The notes under the pieces were generated by a model, which searched no databases, was not told where the DNA came from, and worked only from the letters and a program-made list of their open reading frames with translations. A stretch of DNA of 64,000 nt, taken from an uncultured Bacilli bacterium (lineage in GTDB: Bacteria > Bacillota_I > Bacilli_A > RF39 > UBA660). The first letter of the stretch is position 1. The number at the start of each line of letters is the position of its first letter. The position numbers were made by a program, and so were the translations under genes. The stretch lies in NCBI GenBank assembly GCA_934098735.1, contig CAKOOS010000004.1:6044-70043 (forward strand), in the 5' to 3' direction. Shown here piece after piece: positions 41,846-49,098 of the stretch.

Positions 41846-42379
41846 CTATTTATTTTTTCCAGTTGTGTCAATAAACTCTTTTTGTGATTCTAATGTCATT
41901 ATATCATAAAATTCAAAATCATTTTTAATCCATTTACTTTGTAAAATTTTGTTTCTGTTTAGATTTCTTTTTAACTTTTCACTTGGATCTGCTGTTAAAA
42001 TAAATGTTACATCCGGTTTAATATACCACGTTTGATCTATCATTTCTCTATATATTCTAAGTGCATTATCATAGCCGTTGTATTTACCTAATTTTAAAAA
42101 GGCATAGGAAACCGCCAAAATTGAAAGATAACTTCTTTCCATAAATACTATTTTATCATGTTTCAAAAATGATGATGCTAATATCATTCTCTCTTTCTCT
42201 ATTTCGAAGAAAATTTGTTGATTTTTTAGTTCTTCTTCTATGTTCTTTGATGGTTTTGGTGACAGTGGATGATCCATAAATTCCTCAATTATTTCGACTT
42301 TAGGAATTTTATTCAAAATTTTTGATGTAGTAGTCTTGCCAGAATTAGATGTTTCCTCTATCACATATAAATTTTTCAT
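41846..42379 (-). CDS. Deoxynucleoside kinase family P-loop protein with an atypical Walker A (EETSNSGKTT), an ERS motif (FMERSYLS) and an Arg-rich lid (LKRNLNRNK)
   Basis: The motif arrangement is characteristic of dNK/dCK/dGK-type kinases. Confidence 0.55.
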   Translation of the reverse strand: MKNLYVIEETSNSGKTTTSKILNKIPKVEIIEEFMDHPLSPKPSKNIEEELKNQQIFFEIEKERMILASSFLKHDKIVFMERSYLSILAVSYAFLKLGKYNGYDNALRIYREMIDQTWYIKPDVTFILTADPSEKLKRNLNRNKILQSKWIKNDFEFYDIMTLESQKEFIDTTGKNK

Positions 42380-42508
42380 TATATCACTACCTTTCTGTTT
42401 TATATTTTTTCATTTTAAAATTAAATATGGAATACAAAGGTCCTATATTAGATATAAATGTTGAACAATATATTTAGCCACATTTTAGCACATTAAAAAA
42501 GACTATTG

Positions 42509-44164
42509 CTAGTCTTTTAATAATTCTAAACTAATTTTTCCTTTAAATGTTTTTCCTTGATCATAATTTTGTTCTTCTCCAGTTCCATGTAATGTAAAGG
42601 AAACAGTGTAATTTTGCTTTGTATTAGGAGCTATAGCTACTTTACTTGCTAAGCGGCCACTTGTAAATGGTGCAACACTCCAATCAGCATTAAATCCACT
42701 ATAATTACTTACTACTTTGAACCAGAAATTATTGCTTTCAAAATTATTTTCTACATTAATCCAATCAATATTATAATAAAGAATTTTATCGGTATTATTT
42801 GATACACTAAATTTTATATCAGGTACTTTAGTATTTACATCATCATCTGTTTGGTCATCCGGATATAGATCTGATACTGTTACATTGTTACCATTTTCAA
42901 AAGCCACTACCAAAGCTGCGGCATCAATATTTACATTATTATCTCCAACTGTTGCTTGACCGCCTTTACCTGATGGATCAACTACATACGTACAATTGCG
43001 ATCACATTTACCATCGCCATCATCGTCAATATTAAAATCTGGTTTACCATCTTTATCAGTATCAATATTTAAATCTGGTGTTCCATCACCATTAGTATCG
43101 ATATTTAAATCTGCTTTACCATCACCATCTAAATCTATATTAATATCTGGCCATCCAGCATCATCTAAATCACAGTTTAAATCACAAATTCCATCACCAT
43201 TTTTATCTTGATTTACTTTATTTTTTAAATTTCCATTTTCATCTGGTACATTAAAGGTTGGTTTTTTATTTCCACCATAATCTATTTTTTCATCAGGCTT
43301 TTTATCGCCATTAGTATCACAGTTGACATCACAGATTCCATCACCATCTAAGTCTATATCTAATTCTTTGTCTTTGTTAACCAAATTAGAAATACAATTT
43401 TTATCACATTTACCATCATCATTAGTATCAATATTAATATCTGGAACACCATCGCCATTGGTATCAATATTTAAGTCTGGCTTTTTATCTCCATCCGTAT
43501 CAATATTTAAATCTGCTTTACCATCACCATCTAAATCTATATTAATATCTGGCCATCCATCATCATCAATATCACAGTTTAAATCACATTTGCCATCATT
43601 ATTAGTATCTTGATTTACTTTATTAAATATGCTTCCATCTTTTTTTACTACATTAAATATAGCTTTATTATTTTTCATATAATCGATGTTACGATCTGGT
43701 TTTCTATCATTATTAATATCACAATTGATATCACAAATTCCATCACCATCTAAATCTATATTTAACTCTGGTCTTCCATCATCATCTAGATCTATATTTA
43801 ATTTGGAACTTCTTATATATTTAGCTCCCATGTAAGTTGCAAAGCCACCAATAAATAAAAATGCAAGTAAGAAAAGAATTAATAGCATTCTATTTTTTTC
43901 TTTAAATTTAAAGATTAGTTTATTACCTTCTTTTATAACACATAAACTTTCCGGCAAATAAGTATCATTATCTTTATCATTAAAGACTACATTTAATACT
44001 TTTTCTACTTCTTTATTTGAAACTTTATAATTATCTTCATATATTTTATTTAATGTATCTAATATAAGTTTATCTTGTTCTTTGCTTTTTAAGAGCATAA
44101 ATTCTTTTATATTTATTACTTCTTTATTTTGTTTATACTCCTTCTTAACTTTTTCTTTTGACAT
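42509..44164 (-). CDS. Membrane-anchored protein with many thrombospondin type 3-like calcium-binding repeats (DxDxDGxxDxxC) and a C-terminal beta-rich domain
   Basis: Cytoplasmic N-terminus, one transmembrane helix (LLILFLLAFLFIGGFATYM), then repeats such as NIDLDGDGICDINCD. Confidence 0.6.
   Translation of the reverse strand: MSKEKVKKEYKQNKEVINIKEFMLLKSKEQDKLILDTLNKIYEDNYKVSNKEVEKVLNVVFNDKDNDTYLPESLCVIKEGNKLIFKFKEKNRMLLILFLLAFLFIGGFATYMGAKYIRSSKLNIDLDDDGRPELNIDLDGDGICDINCDINNDRKPDRNIDYMKNNKAIFNVVKKDGSIFNKVNQDTNNDGKCDLNCDIDDDGWPDINIDLDGDGKADLNIDTDGDKKPDLNIDTNGDGVPDINIDTNDDGKCDKNCISNLVNKDKELDIDLDGDGICDVNCDTNGDKKPDEKIDYGGNKKPTFNVPDENGNLKNKVNQDKNGDGICDLNCDLDDAGWPDINIDLDGDGKADLNIDTNGDGTPDLNIDTDKDGKPDFNIDDDGDGKCDRNCTYVVDPSGKGGQATVGDNNVNIDAAALVVAFENGNNVTVSDLYPDDQTDDDVNTKVPDIKFSVSNNTDKILYYNIDWINVENNFESNNFWFKVVSNYSGFNADWSVAPFTSGRLASKVAIAPNTKQNYTVSFTLHGTGEEQNYDQGKTFKGKISLELLKD
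42989..43765. repeat. Two tandem copies of about 400 bp (134 codons) inside the TSP3-repeat gene, each itself built of about 36-45-bp Asp-rich units
   Basis: Protein residues 134-258 and 268-392 are near-identical. The track's antisense ORFs 42996..43211 and 43323..43613 mirror this periodicity. Confidence 0.6.
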
Positions 44165-44177
44165 TTTTATCCCTCAT

Positions 44178-45266
44178 TTACTTTAAAATTGTATAAGCTT
44201 TTTTCTTTTGATGTTCAAAATCATCTAGAAAAGACACTACTGTTTTTCTAATGCTATTCATAGTTTTTTCTTTTCTTTTAGTGGCTCCCTTAAATTCTTT
44301 ATCAATTAATTTTTTAAATTCATTTTCAGTTATATTACTTCCAAAAACAAAATCATTTACTAATTTACTAATAATTGCTGAGTTGTATTCATTTACTTCT
44401 TTTTTATCATCTTTATTTAAAGCCTCATTATTTATAAAAAATGATAAATCATATAATGTTTTAATATTATCATCTTTTACTTCTTCAGTTCTTTTATCAA
44501 TTTGTGTAATTGGCTTAATATTATTCTTTTCAAGATATTCCCAAAGTTCCAATGCTTTAATAAAGTTTGGTTCTTTTAAAATAACATTTGTTTTTCTTAT
44601 AGGGCTTCGAACCGGTGAGCTTTCTTTTAAACTTTTTATAAATGTTGATGATCTAAAAGCTGAGACAATATCCCTTATATGTTCAATTCTTTCATCTAAA
44701 GAATGTCCATCTTTCGATGAATCTACAATTGTTTCTTTTTTACTGCTTAAAGATAATGTAACATTAACTTCTTCATCTTTATTTTTCATTAATCCATTAT
44801 AAGTTACTTCATTATTTACCTTAGCAAAACTTTTTTGATCAGATTCTTCTAATTTATTATTTACAAATATATAAAGATTATCTACTAAAGATTTTATAAA
44901 ACGGTTTTCATATAGGTCAACTGTTTCTTCCCGATAAACATTCAATAATTTTAAAGGAATAACCGTACCATCTTCATGAACTTCTTGAATTAAGTTAGTA
45001 TTTTGAGCCAAATGTCTAATACTTTCTTCAGTTACAACTTTTGCCTTTTCAATTGGTACGATGTTTTCTTCTTGAACAATAAATCTTCTGGGATTACGAA
45101 TTATATTATCTAAATAAGGTATGCACTCTTCAACCATATCAATCCATGATATATCACTTATTTGAGCATCTATATTTCTTTTTATGGTTAAATTAGATGA
45201 AGTTGCCCCGATAAAAGAGGCAGCTTTTTCTTTATTAAAATTATTAATGTATTCTACGATATCCAT
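44178..45266 (-). CDS. Hypothetical protein, third gene of the McrB-like operon. No identifiable nuclease motif.
   Basis: 362 aa. It starts 8 nt after the stop of the GTPase gene. Lys/Glu-rich, with no transmembrane segment. Confidence 0.5.
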   Translation of the reverse strand: MDIVEYINNFNKEKAASFIGATSSNLTIKRNIDAQISDISWIDMVEECIPYLDNIIRNPRRFIVQEENIVPIEKAKVVTEESIRHLAQNTNLIQEVHEDGTVIPLKLLNVYREETVDLYENRFIKSLVDNLYIFVNNKLEESDQKSFAKVNNEVTYNGLMKNKDEEVNVTLSLSSKKETIVDSSKDGHSLDERIEHIRDIVSAFRSSTFIKSLKESSPVRSPIRKTNVILKEPNFIKALELWEYLEKNNIKPITQIDKRTEEVKDDNIKTLYDLSFFINNEALNKDDKKEVNEYNSAIISKLVNDFVFGSNITENEFKKLIDKEFKGATKRKEKTMNSIRKTVVSFLDDFEHQKKKAYTILK

Positions 45267-45274
45267 GTTTTCAC

Positions 45275-46780
45275 CTATATCGTTTTCTTAAGTCTTAGTA
45301 AATAAGCTTTACATTCTGGAGTTTTATTTGCACCAAATAATTTTTCTAAATATTTAATTAATCCATCAATTTCATCTTTAATATATGCTAAATTTAATTG
45401 TTCAAATTTTCTTAAAATTTTATGGGCAATTAGATAATCTATAGCTGCTACTTCTTCTCCTCCACAGGCAACAAATGCTGGAACAAATTCTTTTAATTGT
45501 TTTACTATTCTATTACCAAAAGCTAAACGGAAATGATCAATAACATATCTATCTAGTTGAGCAACTTTTTCTAATGTTTCTTCTGATACTGGATGTTCTT
45601 CAGCAGATTTTTCGAAAAGTGATGATAAATAATTATAGCTTGTTTTAATTTTATCTGTATCTGGTGCTGTAAATTCTTCACACTTATCATCAATTGCAAT
45701 AGGCATTGCTCTATCATAAACTTTATCAGTAATCATAAATGTTGAGTCATCGTTGTTGATTGTACCAATATACCACATATTTTCTGGTATTTTTAGCTTT
45801 CCATCATCTAGTTTCTTAGGATCGTTTGGCCAAACATTTGGAACAAGTTCTACTACCCAGTCTTTCTTGTTAGGTAGTTCCAAGATTGATAACATTTCAG
45901 CAAAATAATATTCTACACGAGATATATTCATTTCATCTAGAAGGGTAATATATACTTCATCGTTATATTCTGCTTCATACATTTTTTCTAATATTTCAGT
46001 TTCGTTAAATTTTTTGGTAAATTCGTTAAAATAACCAAATATTTCTGTTGAATCTCTCCATGATGGTTGAACACTTGCTACAGTTGTTTCATTATCTATA
46101 AATGATCCAAAAGCATAAGCCAATGATGTTTTTCCTGTTCCTGATATACCTTCTAAAATTATTAGCTTATTTGAAGCAAATGAAGCAATAAATAAACGAA
46201 TTAAATTAATATCATAATATAGATGAAGTTTTGATGCTGAATAGTTTCTGAAGCTATCACAAAAACTTTCTAATGTAAATGTATTAGTTATTTCTTCTGG
46301 TTTCATACCATTAAACTTTTCATCAACATTACTTAATTTAAAGAATCTACTTTCTCCTTCTTTTAATTCATTTTTGATACTACCATCTTCATTGTATTCT
46401 ATTTCACCGTTTTGATTTGTTAGTTCACTAATTTTAGAATTTTGTCTTTTTAATTTTAGCACTTCATTATTTAATGATTCTATTTCTTCAATTAACATAT
46501 CTTCTTTTTTAACATTTCTTTTATATCTTATATAAGTTTTAATAGACTTATAAATTAAAAATATTATTAAACCAAATATAATTACCAAAAATATTATTGA
46601 AAATATCATGATAGCTAATCCTGCCCCAGTTAAATCACTTTTATAGTCATTTATAACTGTAATATAGTTAAGAATATTGAACATTTGAAATAATCCTTGT
46701 CCTATTCCTTTAAATATTTTAACAAATCCTTCAAAAAGTGGGGCCATAAATTTTGTAAAAAATTCTCCATACACTTCCAT
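45275..46780 (-). CDS. McrB-family AAA+ GTPase with an N-terminal transmembrane helix and a coiled-coil segment
   Basis: Walker A LILEGISGTGKTS. McrB-specific motifs VQPSWRDSTEIFGYF, LLDEMNISRVEYYFAEMLSILE (compare McrB IIDEINRANLSKVFGE) and WYIGTINNDDSTFMITDKVYDRAMPIAID (compare IIGTMNTADRS...RRF.FI). The transmembrane helix spans residues about 50-78 and the coiled coil about 90-120. Confidence 0.75.
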   Translation of the reverse strand: MEVYGEFFTKFMAPLFEGFVKIFKGIGQGLFQMFNILNYITVINDYKSDLTGAGLAIMIFSIIFLVIIFGLIIFLIYKSIKTYIRYKRNVKKEDMLIEEIESLNNEVLKLKRQNSKISELTNQNGEIEYNEDGSIKNELKEGESRFFKLSNVDEKFNGMKPEEITNTFTLESFCDSFRNYSASKLHLYYDINLIRLFIASFASNKLIILEGISGTGKTSLAYAFGSFIDNETTVASVQPSWRDSTEIFGYFNEFTKKFNETEILEKMYEAEYNDEVYITLLDEMNISRVEYYFAEMLSILELPNKKDWVVELVPNVWPNDPKKLDDGKLKIPENMWYIGTINNDDSTFMITDKVYDRAMPIAIDDKCEEFTAPDTDKIKTSYNYLSSLFEKSAEEHPVSEETLEKVAQLDRYVIDHFRLAFGNRIVKQLKEFVPAFVACGGEEVAAIDYLIAHKILRKFEQLNLAYIKDEIDGLIKYLEKLFGANKTPECKAYLLRLKKTI

Positions 46781-47850
46781 TATAATTCCTCCTTATTCTT
46801 TACAATTAATTTTAAATTCATTTTATCAAAAGCTAACTTGTTATCTAAATTATTATTTATAAATTCTTTATCTACTAGAAGTTCCATATTATTTACAAAT
46901 ATAGTACTTTCAACATTATCTGTTTTTGAAAATTCATAAATAAACTTAACATCTATATCTTTATATTCTTTAATAATATTTTGATATTTTATTTCATCTT
47001 CCCAAGGAATTAAGATTTTAACATATTCTTTAATATATTCATTATCAAAGAATTTAAGCAAACTTGATTTTTTAAAATCTTTATTAACTCTTACAACATA
47101 AGTTGGCATTTCTTTATTACTAATAAGTTCTTTTAAAATATCAAATTCTAATAAACTATAAGATATCTCATTTATTTTACTTGTGTATTCTTTTAAAACT
47201 TCAAGAGCAAGTTTTTCATCAAAATCTGTAATACCTGGTATATTATAAGAAAAATTCACTTCATAATATAATGGATTATTACTAATCATTTTATAATCAT
47301 TGTGATAATTATCAGAATTTAATGCCTCTAGAGCTTTTTTATCTTCATTTGAATTTCTTTTGATTTCATCAAATAAATCATTTATAAAATATTTATTATC
47401 TTTTATAATTAAAATTCTAGTCTTCCTTAAATATGAAAGCAAATACTTAAACTTTGCTTTAGTGTCTTGCAAATCTCCATCTATTATATTAGAAGCAAAA
47501 TCAACGTAACATGCTGTACAAATAATTACTGACATTAAAAATGTTTCATTTTTCCATGTATTAAGCATCTTCATTTGATCATGTTCTTGACAATATGAAA
47601 TAATAGATTTTAAAACAAAGTTTATATTATCATTTGAGTATTCAATGGGATTATCTTTATGAATATTATTTTGAAAGTAATAAGTTTTAGCATATATGCT
47701 TATTATGTCTTTAGCAAAATTTGCAAATTCTTTCTTACTTTTCCACATTTTATTTTCTTCGATTGTAATAATCGACTCTAGTATCTTCGTGTATTCAAGT
47801 AAATCTTTTTCTTTTTTTATCACGTATTTATCGATAACACTTAAACTCAC
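46780..47850 (-). CDS. Hypothetical protein, first gene of the McrB-like operon. GTG start, preceded by a GGTAAGGTGA Shine-Dalgarno.
   Basis: 356 aa. Its stop overlaps the ATG of the GTPase gene (ATGA). No recognisable domain. Confidence 0.5.
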   Translation of the reverse strand: MSLSVIDKYVIKKEKDLLEYTKILESIITIEENKMWKSKKEFANFAKDIISIYAKTYYFQNNIHKDNPIEYSNDNINFVLKSIISYCQEHDQMKMLNTWKNETFLMSVIICTACYVDFASNIIDGDLQDTKAKFKYLLSYLRKTRILIIKDNKYFINDLFDEIKRNSNEDKKALEALNSDNYHNDYKMISNNPLYYEVNFSYNIPGITDFDEKLALEVLKEYTSKINEISYSLLEFDILKELISNKEMPTYVVRVNKDFKKSSLLKFFDNEYIKEYVKILIPWEDEIKYQNIIKEYKDIDVKFIYEFSKTDNVESTIFVNNMELLVDKEFINNNLDNKLAFDKMNLKLIVKNKEEL

Positions 47851-47879
47851 TTCTATGTCACCTTACCTATTCTCTTTAA

Positions 47880-47909
47880 ATTATATCAAACATAAAAATA
47901 GATTGCAAT
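47880..47909 (-). promoter_or_regulatory. Promoter of the three-gene operon: -35 TTGCAA, 17-nt spacer, extended -10 TGATATAAT
   Basis: Read on the minus strand upstream of the GTG start. Confidence 0.35.
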
Positions 47910-48009
47910 AAAGTCTTTTCTTTTTTACAATTTATTTTAAACTGAACTATTTTTAGGTTGCCATTTAAAATTATTTAAGATAGAATTATAATAGAAGGAA
48001 GGAATAAAA

Positions 48010-48825
48010 ATGGAAAACAATTATGATATTGATATAGACGTTTGGAAAGGAAAAGATTTTTCTAAAAAAGCAATAAAGAATAATGATTCTTATCAAGGTA
48101 TTAATTTGGAGCAGGATTATGAAGTACAAGTTCCCGACCTTGAATCTTGGAAAAAAAGAGCTGAACAAAGAAAAGAAGATGCTGATAAACAAAGTTTCTT
48201 AGCTAATGCTTTTAATAATAGTTATAATAAAGCTCCGGTTAAGAATATTCAAACGACAAAAAGAAAACCTCTTAATTTTAAAGTTTTAGCTAAAAAAACT
48301 ATTCTAGTTGTAGCTCTTGGAGCTGGTTTAAAAGTTGGTGTTCCTGCTGTTAAAGATTTTGCTAAAGAAAAAATTGCTATTGAAAAAACTCTTGATACTA
48401 CAACTACTCAATTTGTTGGGTATGATAGTAAAACGCATCAACGCACTTGGGATTATAAAAATTTAAATGAATCTATGAGCGATGTACTTAATAAAAACAA
48501 AGAATATGATATTGATACAAGAATATATGGTTTTTATGAAGGACTAGAAGCATATCATAAAGATGAATATATGGATAAGCTTTTTAATTGGTTAAATCAA
48601 GTTGTAAGTAGTAATACAAATAATTTTACACCAGAGGAAATAAATGCATGTTGTCATGAAACTTTTCAAGAATACTTAGACAGCAAAGGATTATCTAAAA
48701 AAGATTATATAACTGTTATGAATAAAATAATTAATGCTTATGCTAATGAAGGCGTAGCAGAAGATAAAGTTGAAGATCTTTTAGCAAAACTTAATGAAAA
48801 TACCTTAAACGGAGGTGCAAGATAA
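48010..48825 (+). CDS. Hypothetical single-pass membrane protein, divergent from the McrB-like operon
   Basis: 271 aa with a transmembrane segment ILVVALGAGLKVGVPAV and an AGGAAGGA Shine-Dalgarno. Confidence 0.4.
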   Translation: MENNYDIDIDVWKGKDFSKKAIKNNDSYQGINLEQDYEVQVPDLESWKKRAEQRKEDADKQSFLANAFNNSYNKAPVKNIQTTKRKPLNFKVLAKKTILVVALGAGLKVGVPAVKDFAKEKIAIEKTLDTTTTQFVGYDSKTHQRTWDYKNLNESMSDVLNKNKEYDIDTRIYGFYEGLEAYHKDEYMDKLFNWLNQVVSSNTNNFTPEEINACCHETFQEYLDSKGLSKKDYITVMNKIINAYANEGVAEDKVEDLLAKLNENTLNGGAR

Positions 48826-49061
48826 TGGAAGAAGTAGATGTTATAACTTTAAATGATGGTGATTACATTATAACTGATGAAATTGATATTAATAATGTAA
48901 AATATTATTATTTAACTAAAGAAGATGATATTGCTAAATTTTGTATTAGAAAAATAAATATTATAAATAATGAGAAGTATTTAGTTAGTTTAGATAGTCA
49001 GGAAGAATTTGATAAAGCTTTACTTAGTTTTATTGAAAAAAATAAAGATATTGCAAAATAA
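48825..49061 (+). CDS. DUF1292-like small acidic protein, paralog of 54344..54610. Its start is overlapped by the upstream stop.
   Basis: VITLNDGDYIITDEI...KYYYL...LVSLDSQEEFDKAL resembles the DUF1292 pattern. Confidence 0.45.
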   Translation: MEEVDVITLNDGDYIITDEIDINNVKYYYLTKEDDIAKFCIRKINIINNEKYLVSLDSQEEFDKALLSFIEKNKDIAK

Positions 49062-49098
49062 AAAAGAAATTTGTAAAACGCAAATTTCTTTTTTATTT
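49061..49098. terminator. Bidirectional terminator AGAAATTTG-loop-CAAATTTCT flanked by A and T runs, at the island boundary
   Basis: Read from the sequence. Confidence 0.5.

Noticed and set aside
42996-43613. Two Ser/Pro-rich plus-strand ORFs (42996..43211, 43323..43613) as possible genes or a CRISPR-like array
   Set aside because: They are the antisense reading of the Asp/Gly codon repeats of the TSP3-repeat gene. The periodicity is coding tandem duplication, not repeat-spacer architecture.
44178-45266. Downstream gene of the McrB-like operon as an McrC nuclease
   Set aside because: No PD-(D/E)xK, HNH or other nuclease signature could be recognised by eye. The gene is kept as an unknown partner.
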